A DNA stretch of 64,000 nucleotides from Candidatus Dormiibacterota bacterium (GCA_963718525.1 OY970355.1:2304001-2368000); one strand, 5' to 3'. Numbered from the stretch's first letter, positions 37,702 through 48,195 are shown. Notes: generated by a model not told the origin, from the sequence alone. Program-made: numbers and translations.

Positions 37702-39351
37702 TCAGTGGTGGTCGAATGCGAGGAACTGGTGCACGGTGCTGACGGCCGCCGATCCCTCGCCGACCGCAGCCGCGACGCGCTTGGTCGACCCTGAACGCAC
37801 GTCGCCGACGGCGAACAGCCCCGGGTGACTCGTCTCGAACGGCAGCGGCTGGCGGCCGAGGACGCTCCAGCGCTCGCCCAGCTGCTCGACCGTCAGCGCG
37901 CGGTCGGTGAGGATGAAACCGCGGTCGTCGAGCGCGGCACATCCGCACAGCCACGACAACTCGGGATCGGCGCCGATGAACGAGAACAGCGCTGCCGCGG
38001 GGACGCGAATCTGCCCAACCGGTCCGTCGACGCGAACCGCCTCCAGCGCGTTGTCGCCCTCGAGGCCGGCGACGTTTGTGCTGGTCATCACCCGGATACG
38101 TGGATGGGACAGAATGCGATCGACCAGGTATCGCGACATGTCAGCATTGAGGTCAGCCGCTCTGATGATCAGCGTGACGGCACTGCCCTTGTCTGCGAGA
38201 AACACAGCCGCCTGACCAGCCGAGTTACCGCCGCCTACGACCATAACCGGGCTGCCGGCACACTGCCGCGCCTCCAGCTCGGTGGCGGCGTAGTACACGC
38301 TGTTCGTCTCGAACTCCTGCAAGCGATCAACCGGTAACCTGCGGTACCTCGCGCCCGTCGCGGCGATCACCGCGCGGGCGGCGACGACGGTTCCGTCCGA
38401 CAGCTCCACCCTCAGGTGTCCGGACTCCTCCCGCAAGGCGAGGGCCGTGCAGGGCGCGCTGAGTCTCGCCCCGAACTTCACCGCCTGCACCAGCCCGCGT
38501 TGGGTCAGGTCTGCGCCTGTGATCCCGGTTGCGAACCCGAAATAGTTCTCGATCCTCGAGCTCATGCCCGCCTGGCCGCCTGGAGCGACCATGTCGACAC
38601 CGAGCGTATGCAGGCCCTCTGACGCGCCGTACACCGCGGCCGCGAGACCAGCTGGCCCGCCGCCCACGATGACGAGATCGAAGGAGCGGTCGGGCAGGTT
38701 GTCGAGTGTCAGCCCGAGATACGACGCGAGCTCGCCGGGCGTTGGCCTGCGCAGCACCTCGCCGGTGGCGATCACGACCGGGAGATCCGATGGCTCGAGC
38801 GCGAAAGCCCGCACGAGCTCATCGACCTGTGCATCGGCATCGGGATCCAGCCACTCGTGCGGCAGGCGGGTGCGAGTGAGGAACTCACGGATGTGCATGG
38901 TCTCCGGTGAGAAACGGGAACCCACGACCCGAATGAACACAGCGGCTCCCGCGAGGAGGGCTGCTCTCCGGGCCATGAACGCCGCCAGGATCTTGTCGCC
39001 GAGCTCCGGCTCCGTGGCGATGACCCGGCGCAGCAGATCTGCCGGAACCGCGAGCATGTCACCGGTTTCGGCAACTCGAGCTGAGACGAACGCCCGCAAC
39101 CCGGTGAGGAGATTCAACTCACCGAGGAATTGCCCGGCACGGTACGTGGCGATCACCTGGTCGTCGGCATCGTCAACGATGATGTCGACGGCTCCTGAGA
39201 GGACGATCCAGAAGTCGTAGCCGGGGTCACCCTCGTGGTAGAGGTACTCGCCCGGGGTGACGCGACGACGCGTGCCCACCGCCTCGAAGATCGCGACCTC
39301 GGAGGGGTCGAGGACGGGGAACGCGGAGGGGTCCGCCTGCATCAGCGCCAC
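37702..39351 (-). CDS. cNMP-binding domain + thioredoxin-reductase-like FAD oxidoreductase
   Basis: GQFLGELNLLTG; GGGPAG, SSRIENY, GGGNSAGQAA, FAVGDVRSGSTKRVAAAVGEG; no CXXC (YYAATE). Confidence 0.9.
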   Translation of the reverse strand: MALMQADPSAFPVLDPSEVAIFEAVGTRRRVTPGEYLYHEGDPGYDFWIVLSGAVDIIVDDADDQVIATYRAGQFLGELNLLTGLRAFVSARVAETGDMLAVPADLLRRVIATEPELGDKILAAFMARRAALLAGAAVFIRVVGSRFSPETMHIREFLTRTRLPHEWLDPDADAQVDELVRAFALEPSDLPVVIATGEVLRRPTPGELASYLGLTLDNLPDRSFDLVIVGGGPAGLAAAVYGASEGLHTLGVDMVAPGGQAGMSSRIENYFGFATGITGADLTQRGLVQAVKFGARLSAPCTALALREESGHLRVELSDGTVVAARAVIAATGARYRRLPVDRLQEFETNSVYYAATELEARQCAGSPVMVVGGGNSAGQAAVFLADKGSAVTLIIRAADLNADMSRYLVDRILSHPRIRVMTSTNVAGLEGDNALEAVRVDGPVGQIRVPAAALFSFIGADPELSWLCGCAALDDRGFILTDRALTVEQLGERWSVLGRQPLPFETSHPGLFAVGDVRSGSTKRVAAAVGEGSAAVSTVHQFLAFDHH

Positions 39352-39487
39352 GAAGTTTGGTGTTTCCCTTCAAGCCTGTACCCAAACGTGGGGCGAAGCT
39401 GCCGATAATAGTCGCTTCGTGTCGCGCGACATGCGCCGCTGAAGCAAAGGCGACCACAGTGCTGCAGTCCACATTTCGGCCTCCGCG

Positions 39488-40024
39488 ATGATGTCCGCTA
39501 ATCCGCCCGGCGACGGAGGCCGACTTGACAACTCGGCGCCCATCCCCGATGTTGACGTCGTCATCGAGGTGCCCAAGGGCAGCCGGAACAAATACGAGTG
39601 GGATCCGCAGATCGGTGCGATGCGTCTCGACCGCACGCTCTTCACGGCGACGCGGTATCCGGCGGATTACGGCTTCATCGTCGCCACCCTCGGAGAGGAT
39701 GGCGACCCGCTCGATGCGCTGGTCCTGCTCGATGAGCCCGCGTTTCCTGGATGCCACGTGAGGTGCCGACCCATCGGCGTGTTCCTGATGACCGATGAGC
39801 ATGGCCCCGATGCCAAGCTGCTCATGCTTCCGAGCGCGGACACCCGCGTGGAGTGGCGCGACTTGGAGGAGGTACCCGCGGCGCTGCTCCGCGAGATCGC
39901 GCATTTCTTCGACATCTACAAGCAGCTCGAGCCGGGGAAAACCACAACAGTCCATGGTTGGGAAGGCCGCGCGGAAGCCGAAGCCGAGATAGAGCGGGGG
40001 CGCCGGCGAGTCGAGGCGAGCTAG
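39488..40024 (+). CDS. ppa: Inorganic pyrophosphatase (family I)
   Basis: IEVPKGSRNKYE, YPADYGF, DGDPLDAL, HFFDIYKQLEPGK. Confidence 0.95.
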   Translation: MMSANPPGDGGRLDNSAPIPDVDVVIEVPKGSRNKYEWDPQIGAMRLDRTLFTATRYPADYGFIVATLGEDGDPLDALVLLDEPAFPGCHVRCRPIGVFLMTDEHGPDAKLLMLPSADTRVEWRDLEEVPAALLREIAHFFDIYKQLEPGKTTTVHGWEGRAEAEAEIERGRRRVEAS

Positions 40025-40129
40025 CGAGCAGGGGAGGGGGCGGCCTCACGCACACGCGCGCTTCGTATAGTCTCTCTGCGATATGGGTGTGCCTTCCGCG
40101 CGCCAGCGCAATGAACCAGGAGCAGTCGG

Positions 40130-41530
40130 ATGAATGCAACCGCCGTGCAGCGAACGTCGACCGGACAGCTCGCGGATTTCTTCTGCGCGCTACGGCCCGA
40201 GGATATCCCCGAGCATGTTCGCGATGACGCGCGCTGGCGACTGGTCGACACCGTCGGGGTGGCGCTCGCCGGTTCGCGCATGGATTTCGCGGAGATGGTT
40301 CGCGGCGTGTTTGCTGACATGGGCGGAAGCGAGGAGGCGACCGCGTTCGCCGTTGGTAATCGGCTCCCCGCGGCGCACGCGGGCTTCGTGAACGGCGCGT
40401 ACGCGCACGGCCCCGACTACGACGACACGCACAGCATTGCAATGGTGCACATCGGTTGTACCGCGGTTCCCTCGAGTCTTGCCATGGCGGAACGCCAGGA
40501 CGCAAGCGGTGCGGAGATGCTCACCGCACTCGTCGCCGGGGCAGAGGTGGGACTGCGCATCGGTGCCGCTGCGCCGCATCGCTTTCACCATCGTGGCCTG
40601 CACGCCACCAGCGTCGCGGGTCCGTTCACCTCGGCGATGGCCGCGTCCCGGCTGCTGCGTCTCGACGCAGCACGCACCATCAACGCGCTCGGTCTGGTTG
40701 GGAGTCAATCGAGCGGACTGCTGGTCGGATTGCATGACGGAAGCTGGGTGAAACGCCTCCATCCCGGTTGGAGCGTGCAGGCGGGCATCACCGGCGCGCT
40801 CCTGGCGCAGCGCGGCTTTCTTGGCCCGCACGAAGTGCTGGAGAGCCCCTGGGGCCTCTATGGCGTCCTCCTGCACGGAGACGAGGAGCCGTACGACATC
40901 GATGAGCTGACCTCCGGGTTGGGCGAGCGCTGGCTGCTGCCCGACACGACGTACAAGCCGTACAGCAACGGCGCATGGAACCACTCGTCGATGGATGCGG
41001 TGGTCGCGCTGATGCACGAGCACGGCATCAACCACGCGGACATCGCCCGCATCGACGCGGCCGTGCCCGTCGAGTGCATCACGGTCGTGTGCGAACCACG
41101 GGACGCCAAGATCCATCCGCATACGCCGTACCACATGAAGTTCAGCCTTCCCTATTCGGTGGCAATCGTCGCGGTGCTTGGTCATGCGGACGTCGAGGAC
41201 TACACGGACGAAGTCCACGCCAACCCGGACATCGCAGACCTGGCAGCGCGCATCTTCTGCCACGGCGATCCCGATATGCCACCGGCGAGATTCCCGGCGC
41301 GCGTCACGCTGGAGACCCGCGACGGACGGCGATTCGAAAGGGACGTGCCGGCGCAGCGGGGCGGTCCGGGTAATCCCATGCACCCCGCGGATCACCGCGC
41401 CAAATTCCGCGCCAATGCACGCCCCAGCCTGGGGGAAGCGCGTGCCGATGAGCTGCTCGAGTTGCTCGAGAACGCCTGGGAGTCACCCAGGGTTGCGGAC
41501 ATCACCCGGCTGATCACAACCCGCGCATGA
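40130..41530 (+). CDS. MmgE/PrpD family protein
   Basis: HGPDYDDTH, KRLHPGW, KFSLPYSVA. Confidence 0.9.
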   Translation: MNATAVQRTSTGQLADFFCALRPEDIPEHVRDDARWRLVDTVGVALAGSRMDFAEMVRGVFADMGGSEEATAFAVGNRLPAAHAGFVNGAYAHGPDYDDTHSIAMVHIGCTAVPSSLAMAERQDASGAEMLTALVAGAEVGLRIGAAAPHRFHHRGLHATSVAGPFTSAMAASRLLRLDAARTINALGLVGSQSSGLLVGLHDGSWVKRLHPGWSVQAGITGALLAQRGFLGPHEVLESPWGLYGVLLHGDEEPYDIDELTSGLGERWLLPDTTYKPYSNGAWNHSSMDAVVALMHEHGINHADIARIDAAVPVECITVVCEPRDAKIHPHTPYHMKFSLPYSVAIVAVLGHADVEDYTDEVHANPDIADLAARIFCHGDPDMPPARFPARVTLETRDGRRFERDVPAQRGGPGNPMHPADHRAKFRANARPSLGEARADELLELLENAWESPRVADITRLITTRA

Positions 41531-41592
41531 CGCGTTAGATCCCGAGGGCGGCCCTGCCGTACATCGCTTTCGTCCCGCGCGGGTGGGCGAGT

Positions 41593-42072
41593 TTATCTGC
41601 AGGTGGCGCAGAGCCCGAGCACGTCCACGCGATGACTGTGGGGACGGAAGCCCTGCGCGTCCGCAAGCTGATCGAGCTGCTTCGCGATGGTCTTTTCGAA
41701 TGAGGCGGACGGCGTCAGATCGCTCACCTTGCCGCAGTTGGTGCACAGGAAATGGTGGTGATGCTCCGTGAGATCCTCGGCGAGCTCGAACCGTGCGAAC
41801 TCGTCGTTGGCGGCAACACTCCGAACGATCCCGGCACTCTTGAGATCGACGAGGTGCCGGTAGGCCGAGCTTCGCGGCATCGTCGGCAGCAGCTCGGCAA
41901 TGTCGCCGATGCTGACTGGATGACCGGAGTTCAGCAGCAGCTCGACGATCGCGCGCCGGCCGCCGGTGTAGCGCTGGTCGATGCGCCGGAGCCGGTACTC
42001 GACCACGGCATGCAGGGCATCGCTTGTGGCCGAGGCTTCGCTGATCGCGGGCATCCTTGTATATGAACACAT
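41593..42072 (-). CDS. Fur-family regulator (Zur-like)
   Basis: RSSAYRHL, EHHHHFLCTNCG, GLCATC; divergent from the metal ABC operon; start may be ATG 42054. Confidence 0.9.
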   Translation of the reverse strand: MCSYTRMPAISEASATSDALHAVVEYRLRRIDQRYTGGRRAIVELLLNSGHPVSIGDIAELLPTMPRSSAYRHLVDLKSAGIVRSVAANDEFARFELAEDLTEHHHHFLCTNCGKVSDLTPSASFEKTIAKQLDQLADAQGFRPHSHRVDVLGLCATCR

Positions 42073-42098
42073 AGTGGACGGGTGCGTCGGACTGGGAC

Positions 42099-42128
42099 TT
42101 GTACTGAGACTGAGTCTTAGGATAAGCT
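42099..42128 (+). promoter_or_regulatory. Fur/Zur-type palindrome within a leaderless promoter
   Basis: CTGAGACT-G-AGTCTTAG 42104-42120 between TTGTAC (-35) and TAAGCT (-10, 6 nt before ATG 42135). Confidence 0.7.
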
Positions 42129-42134
42129 ACTACG

Positions 42135-43094
42135 ATGCACCACACAAGTCTCCCGTCAGCAACGATTCCCGGCCCCCGGCATCGCTACGGGGTCATCGCC
42201 GCGGTCGCCGGTGCGGCGCTCGTGGTCACCGCCTGCGGCGCCGGTTCACCAGCAGCCGCCTCGCCAGGGGTGATCAACGCGATCGGGACCGAGAATGAGT
42301 ACGCCAACGTGATGGGCCAGATCGGCGGCTCCTACGTGCACGTGTCGTCGATCCTCAACAACCCCAACACCGACCCGCACACCTACGAGGCCAGCCCGAG
42401 CGTCGCGCAGGAGGTGAGCGCGGCGCAGCTCATCGTGCAGAACGGAGTCGGCTACGACAACTTCATGAACACCATCGAATCGGGGTCGCCGAACTCGAGC
42501 CGGAAGGTGCTCGTTGTCCAGGATCTGCTTGGCCTGCCGGCGAGCACCCCCAACCCACACCTCTGGTACGCACCCACGACGATGCCGAAGGTTGCGCAGG
42601 CGGTGGCGAATGCGCTGGCGGCGCTCCAACCGTCGCACGCTTCGTACTTCCAGGCGCAGCTGCAGAAGTTCGATGCATCGCTGACGCCGTGGTTGACCGC
42701 AATCGCGGGGTTCAAGACCGCGTACGCCGGCACGCCGGTCGCGACCACCGAGCCGGTCGCGGACTATCTCCTCCAGGCAATGGGCGCAGACAATCTCACG
42801 CCCTTCCCGTTCCAGGCCGACATCATGAACGGCGTGGACCCCGCACCTGAAGACATCTCGCTGGAGAACGGCTTCTTCACCGGCCACCGGGTGAAGCTCT
42901 TTTGCTACAACCAGCAGGTGACGAGCGCGCTGACGGTCTCGATCCGTGTCAACGCGGTGAATGCGGGTGTGCCCATCGTCGGCGTGTACGAGACCATGCC
43001 CACCCCTGGCTACGACTACCAGACCTGGATGCTCGCCGAGGTCCGGGCCATTGAAAAAGCCGTGACCCAGGGCGTGTCGACCGAGCACCTCTGA
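42135..43094 (+). CDS. Zn/Mn ABC transporter substrate-binding lipoprotein
   Basis: Lipobox VTAC; DPHTYE, NPHLWY. Confidence 0.93.
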   Translation: MHHTSLPSATIPGPRHRYGVIAAVAGAALVVTACGAGSPAAASPGVINAIGTENEYANVMGQIGGSYVHVSSILNNPNTDPHTYEASPSVAQEVSAAQLIVQNGVGYDNFMNTIESGSPNSSRKVLVVQDLLGLPASTPNPHLWYAPTTMPKVAQAVANALAALQPSHASYFQAQLQKFDASLTPWLTAIAGFKTAYAGTPVATTEPVADYLLQAMGADNLTPFPFQADIMNGVDPAPEDISLENGFFTGHRVKLFCYNQQVTSALTVSIRVNAVNAGVPIVGVYETMPTPGYDYQTWMLAEVRAIEKAVTQGVSTEHL

Positions 43095-43930
43095 TGGACC
43101 TGCCGCAGGCGCATCCGCGGGGTGAGGTGCTGCACGTCGACCATGTGAGTGTTGCGCTTTCGGGCCGGCAGGTTCTCGACGACGTGAGCTTCAGCGTCCG
43201 TGCGGGGGAGTTCACGGGGGTGATCGGCTCCAATGGGGCCGGCAAGACGACGTTGCTCCGCGTGATCCTCGGCCTGCAACGCGCTGGCTCGGGCAACGTC
43301 ACCATGCCGGCGCAGCCGCGCGCCCGGCGGGGACGCTCGATCGGGTACGTGCCGCAGAAGGTCCTGCTCGATCCGGAGATGCCGATGCGCGCGTGGGATC
43401 TGGTTGCGCTGGGGCTGGACGGGAACCGCTTCGGGGTGCCGATCCGATCGCAGCATCGCCGCCAAACGGTCGACGAGATGCTCAAGGCGGTGGACGCCGA
43501 GCGATTCGCAAATGTGCGTGTGGGGCACCTCTCCGGCGGAGAGCAGCAACGGGTGCTCATCGCGCACGCGCTGGTCAGCCGCCCGCAGCTGCTCCTTCTC
43601 GACGAGCCACTCGCCAACCTCGACCTGGGCAGCAGCCAGGAGGTCGTGACCCTCCTCGGTCGCGTCGCGGCAGAGCAGGGGGTAGCGGTGCTGCTCTCGG
43701 CGCACGAGTTGAATCCGCTCCTGCCCGTCATGGACCGAGTGGTCTATATCGCCGGCGGCAAGGCGGTCAGCGGCACCGCCGACGAGGTGATCCGAGGCGA
43801 CGTGCTCAGCCGCCTCTATGGGCATCACGTCGACGTCCTCCGAGTCCACGGCCGGATCCTTGTCGTGGCGGGGGAGGAGAACGCGGACCTCGCGGCCCAC
43901 GAGGCCGACGTCGTGGTCGGTGCGGGCTGA
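43094..43930 (+). CDS. Metal ABC transporter ATPase
   Basis: GSNGAGKTT, GYVPQ, LSGGEQQR, LLLDEP. Confidence 0.93.
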   Translation: MDLPQAHPRGEVLHVDHVSVALSGRQVLDDVSFSVRAGEFTGVIGSNGAGKTTLLRVILGLQRAGSGNVTMPAQPRARRGRSIGYVPQKVLLDPEMPMRAWDLVALGLDGNRFGVPIRSQHRRQTVDEMLKAVDAERFANVRVGHLSGGEQQRVLIAHALVSRPQLLLLDEPLANLDLGSSQEVVTLLGRVAAEQGVAVLLSAHELNPLLPVMDRVVYIAGGKAVSGTADEVIRGDVLSRLYGHHVDVLRVHGRILVVAGEENADLAAHEADVVVGAG

Positions 43931-43937
43931 CCTGGCG

Positions 43938-44843
43938 ATGGGCCAGTTCCTCAGCTGGATCTTCGAGCCGGGCTTCTTTGACAGTCAGCCCGTGCACGTG
44001 GCCATCCTCATCGGCAGCGCCACCGCGATCGTCTCCGCGATCGTCGGAGTCTTCACGGTCATGCGCGGCCAGTCCTTTGCGGGTCACGCGCTGACGGACG
44101 TTTCCACGGCAGGTGGGTCGGGTGCCTTTCTCCTCGGCCTCAGCCCGCTCTTCGGGTTCGTCGGTCTCGGTGTGGTCGGCGCCTGCGTCATGGAGCTGAT
44201 CGGCATCCGCCGAGTTCGCGGGCGGGACCTCGCGACGGGGATCATCCTGGGTGCCTCCATAGGTCTGGCGGCGCTCCTGCTGTATCTCGACACGAGCTCG
44301 GGCGCAACGACGGGCGCGACTCAGCAGATCCTGTTCGGCTCGATCTTCACCATCGAGACCTCGACGATCCCGATCGTCATCAGCTTCAGCGTGATTGCAC
44401 TCGTGATCATCGCCGCCGTCTACCGGCCCCTGCTGCTGAGCTCGGTGAGCAATGACATCGCCGCCGCCAAGGGGGTTTCGCTGCGACTGATCGGGTTGCT
44501 GTTCATGCTTGCGCTGGCGGTATCGGTCGGCCTGTCCTCACTCACCATCGGCGCCATCCTTTCCACAGCGTTGCTCGTCGGCCCCGCCGCCACCGCGTTG
44601 CGGATGACTGCGAGATTGGGGGTGGCGCTCATCGTCGCCTGCGTCATCGGCATCGGGGTCACCTGGCTCGGCGTGCTGCTTGCCTACGACAGCTATTACT
44701 GGGGATCGAGCCGCCAGGGCTTTCCCGTCAGCTTCTTCATCGTTGCGCTCGTGTTTGTCCTGTACGTCATCTCCGGCTTCTCAGGCATCCGTGCCGTGAC
44801 GTCGCGTCGAGAAAGGGCCGTGTTGCGAGGGGCCGAGGCGTGA
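43938..44843 (+). CDS. Metal ABC transporter permease (ABC-3)
   Basis: SFAGHALTD, LFGSIF, GAILSTALLVGPAATA; start reset to ATG 43938. Confidence 0.9.
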   Translation: MGQFLSWIFEPGFFDSQPVHVAILIGSATAIVSAIVGVFTVMRGQSFAGHALTDVSTAGGSGAFLLGLSPLFGFVGLGVVGACVMELIGIRRVRGRDLATGIILGASIGLAALLLYLDTSSGATTGATQQILFGSIFTIETSTIPIVISFSVIALVIIAAVYRPLLLSSVSNDIAAAKGVSLRLIGLLFMLALAVSVGLSSLTIGAILSTALLVGPAATALRMTARLGVALIVACVIGIGVTWLGVLLAYDSYYWGSSRQGFPVSFFIVALVFVLYVISGFSGIRAVTSRRERAVLRGAEA

Positions 44844-44869
44844 ACGAGCGCCGGCGGGAGGTCTGAACC

Positions 44870-45697
44870 GTGTTCTCGGACTTCATGGTCAATGCCTGGA
44901 CGATCGCGACCGTCGTGGCGGTGATCGCAGGGATCGTGGGCTTCTTCGTGGTGCTGCGCGGTTCGGCGTTTCCCGCGCATGCAATTCCCAATGGGGCATT
45001 CGCCGGCGCCGCGGCCGCGAATGTCTTCGGATTCAACGCCCTGCTCGGCCTCGGGGTGTGCGCCGTGCTCGCGGCCCTCGGGATCGGGATTCTCGGCAGG
45101 CGCGGGCGCCAGGATGTGGTCACCGCGCTCGCCCTGGTGTTGCTGCTCGCAATCGGTGCGGTGTTCCTGAGCCGCAGCAGTGAGTACGAACCCCAGATCT
45201 ATTCGTTGCTGTTCGGTGAGGTCCTCGGTGTGAGCACGACCGAGATCCTCCCTGTCGTCGCCCTCGGCATCGTCTGCATTGCGGCGGTGGCATTTCTCTA
45301 CCGTCCGCTGATGCTGTCCTCCATTCTTCCGGAAATCGGCGAAGCCAAAGGCGTGAGCGCCCACCGCATCGAAATGGCATTTCTCGTGGTCGTCGCGATT
45401 GCCACGGCCATGACCGTTCCCGTCGTCGGGGCGCTGCTCATCTTCAGCCTGATGATCGGACCTCCCGCTGCTGCTCGCTCCTTCACCGACCGCCCGCTTC
45501 TCGCGATCCTCCTGTCGATCGGCATCGCGCTGATCACGGTGTGGAGCGCGATCGCCATCTCGTACCTTTCCAACTGGCCGATCGGCTTCTTCGTGGGCGC
45601 GATCAGCGCTGTCTGCTACGGCGTCGGCCGAGGTTGGGTCGCGGTTCGACGTGGCAGGGCGGTGCGTGCGGCAACGCGCCGTCAACTCGCCGTCTGA
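44870..45697 (+). CDS. Metal ABC transporter permease (second)
   Basis: FPAHAIP, LLFGEVLG, VGALLIFSLMIGPPAAA. Confidence 0.9.
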   Translation: MFSDFMVNAWTIATVVAVIAGIVGFFVVLRGSAFPAHAIPNGAFAGAAAANVFGFNALLGLGVCAVLAALGIGILGRRGRQDVVTALALVLLLAIGAVFLSRSSEYEPQIYSLLFGEVLGVSTTEILPVVALGIVCIAAVAFLYRPLMLSSILPEIGEAKGVSAHRIEMAFLVVVAIATAMTVPVVGALLIFSLMIGPPAAARSFTDRPLLAILLSIGIALITVWSAIAISYLSNWPIGFFVGAISAVCYGVGRGWVAVRRGRAVRAATRRQLAV

Positions 45698-45841
45698 CTG
45701 TCAGCTCTCGGGATCGGCCGCAGCCCCGCGAGCAGCCGGAATGACATCACGGGTGGCCGAACTGACGACGTCGGCGGCTGCGCTTGTCGACAAGGCGGCG
45801 CGACCTGTGGTCGTCGAGACCTCGCTGCAGGCGCCGGAGAC

Positions 45842-46486
45842 CTAGGCGACCCGTTCGGGGGCCAGCAGGCGGGCGATCGTCTCGACGACACGGCTGACCT
45901 CGGGGAGGGCCACGGCGCTGTTCTCACCGGCCATCGCGCGCTGCCAGGCCGCGAGGAAGCAGCTGCTGACGACCATCATGGCGATCGCGTCGTAATCGAC
46001 ATCGGCTCTGATCGCGCCCTGTGCCGCCATCGCGCGCAGATAGTCGGCGATCAGACGCACGCCCCGATGCGGGCCGAGGTCACCTGCGACGAGCCGCTCA
46101 GCGAAGGCCATTCGCAGGCCGGCGTCCGCCTGTATGGCGGCCATGACGGGCATGGCGTGGTCGAAGAAGCCGAGGAGAGCGGCGGTGATCACCCCCAGCG
46201 TGTCAGCCGGGCGCCGTTCGATGGCACCGCTCAGCGCTTCAGGATCAACTGCCTTCAACGGCCCGAGACCGGCCAGGACGGCCTCCTGGAGCAGTCCGAC
46301 CTTGTCGCCGAAGTGGTAGAAGACGCTCGCCTCGGACGTGTGCGCCCTTCTCGCGACCGCACGGGTCGTCAGCTGATCCAGGCCGTCCTTCGAGAGGATC
46401 TCGAGCGCTGCCGAGAGGATCGCCTCACGGACACCCGTTGCCGGGCGGCCGCGCGGACGCCTGGCGGCGCCGGCGGATTCAGCCAC
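45842..46486 (-). CDS. TetR-family regulator
   Basis: TTRAVARRAHTSEASVFYHFGDK. Confidence 0.9.
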   Translation of the reverse strand: MAESAGAARRPRGRPATGVREAILSAALEILSKDGLDQLTTRAVARRAHTSEASVFYHFGDKVGLLQEAVLAGLGPLKAVDPEALSGAIERRPADTLGVITAALLGFFDHAMPVMAAIQADAGLRMAFAERLVAGDLGPHRGVRLIADYLRAMAAQGAIRADVDYDAIAMMVVSSCFLAAWQRAMAGENSAVALPEVSRVVETIARLLAPERVA

Positions 46487-46509
46487 GAGGACGGCCCTTC
46501 ACGGCGTAC

Positions 46510-46569
46510 TTGACTTTTCCGAGCATACGGTCAGATAATACGCCCTCACATTGCTGAGTGAACGCACAG
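46510..46569. promoter_or_regulatory. Promoter with two related imperfect palindromes between tetR and the MFS gene
   Basis: TTGACT 46510; CCGAGCATACGGTCAG 46519-46534 and CTGAGTGAACGCACAG 46554-46569. Confidence 0.5.
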
Positions 46570-46593
46570 GAATGAGCTCGAAAGGAGAGTGGC

Positions 46594-48132
46594 ATGGCTC
46601 GAAAGTGGTGGGTGTTGGCTGCGGTCTGCACGGGCGTGATGATGCTGCTGCTCGACGTGACGATTGTGAATGTCGCGCTTCCATCGATCGAGCGAGACTT
46701 CTCGGCATCGCTCACAGACCTCCAGTGGGTGATCAGCGGGTACGCGCTCGCGCTGGCCGCGTTCCTGCTGACGGCCGGTTCTCTCGCAGATCGATACGGG
46801 CGGCGACTGGTCTTCGCCATCGGACTGATCGTCTTCACCGCCGCATCCATGTGCTGCGGCATCTCGACCGGGCCCGTGTTCCTCGTGGTTGCACGCGCGG
46901 TTCAGGGTGTCGGGGGGGCGATCATGTTCGCCACCTCGCTGGCTCTGCTCGCTGACGCGTTCCGCGGTAAGGATCGGGCGGTTGCGTTCGGTGTCTTCGG
47001 TGCGGTGACGGGGGCGGCTGTCGCTGTCGGCCCCGTCCTGGGTGGGGTGATCACCAGCGGCCTGTCGTGGCGGTGGATCTTCTTCGTCAACGTGCCCGTC
47101 GGCGCAGTCGCCCTGCTGGTGACCCTGTTCCGCGTTCCGGAGTCGAGGAGTCCGCACGCCGCACCGCTCGACATCGCCGGCTTCGTCAGCTTCAGCACGG
47201 CGCTGATCGCGCTCGTGTACGGGCTGATCCGCAGCAACGACGCAGGCTGGGGCTCAGCGGAGGTGATCGGATCGCTCTGTGCCGGCGGCGCATTGCTCGC
47301 GCTCTTTGTGGTCATGGAATCCCGATCGTCGCAGCCGATGTTCGACCTCTCGCTGCTCAAGGTGCCGACCTTTGTCGGCGGATTGCTGGCAGCGTTCGCA
47401 ATCTCCGCGTCGTTGTTCTCGCTCCTGACGTACCTGGTCATCTATATGCAGAACATCCTCGGCTTCTCGGCCGTCGACGCCGGCCTGCGGTTCCTGCCAC
47501 TGACCGGCGCGATCTTCCTCACCGCCGGTATCGCCGGCAGGTTGAGTGGTCACGTCCCGCGCCGGTTGCTCATTGGCGCCGGCTTTGCCCTGATCGCCAC
47601 CGGGCTCGTCGCGATGCACGGAGTCACGACCACGACGGACTGGACGCACCTGATTCCGGGCATGGTGCTTGCCGGGATCGGCGCCGGCCTTGTCAACGTA
47701 CCGCTGGTGTCGACCGCCGTGGGCGTCGTCCATCCCAGGCGAGCCGGCATGGCGTCAGGCATCAACAACACGCTGCGGCAAGTCGGCATAGCTGCCGGCG
47801 TCGCCGCGCTCGGCACCATCTTTGCCACGCAGATCCGGCTGAGCGCGACTGCTCATCTCGCCGGCACAGTGCTGGCGTCGCGTGCGCCGGCGCTCGCGCA
47901 CGCGATCAGCATCGGTGGGGTGGGGCAGGCCGTCGCAACGGTGCCGCAACCCCTTCGCGGCGTGCTCGCCGCGGCGGCACGTCAGGCATTCGTCGACGGA
48001 CTCAACCTCATCCTGCTGGTGGGCGCGCTGGCTGCAGGCGTCGCGACCGTGACTTCGTTGATGCTTGTCCGGGAGCGCGACTTCGTTGCGACCCACGATG
48101 ACGCCGAGCCGTTGCTGGACGCTGCCGCGTGA
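46594..48132 (+). CDS. DHA2-family (14-TM) MFS efflux transporter
   Basis: LLDVTIVNVALPSI, GSLADRYGRR, WRWIFFVNVP. Confidence 0.93.
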   Translation: MARKWWVLAAVCTGVMMLLLDVTIVNVALPSIERDFSASLTDLQWVISGYALALAAFLLTAGSLADRYGRRLVFAIGLIVFTAASMCCGISTGPVFLVVARAVQGVGGAIMFATSLALLADAFRGKDRAVAFGVFGAVTGAAVAVGPVLGGVITSGLSWRWIFFVNVPVGAVALLVTLFRVPESRSPHAAPLDIAGFVSFSTALIALVYGLIRSNDAGWGSAEVIGSLCAGGALLALFVVMESRSSQPMFDLSLLKVPTFVGGLLAAFAISASLFSLLTYLVIYMQNILGFSAVDAGLRFLPLTGAIFLTAGIAGRLSGHVPRRLLIGAGFALIATGLVAMHGVTTTTDWTHLIPGMVLAGIGAGLVNVPLVSTAVGVVHPRRAGMASGINNTLRQVGIAAGVAALGTIFATQIRLSATAHLAGTVLASRAPALAHAISIGGVGQAVATVPQPLRGVLAAAARQAFVDGLNLILLVGALAAGVATVTSLMLVRERDFVATHDDAEPLLDAAA

Positions 48133-48195
48133 ACAGAGTCCGACTCCACTCAACCGCCGGCGCCAGAACACCGCAACCACAGGAATGACCAACCA

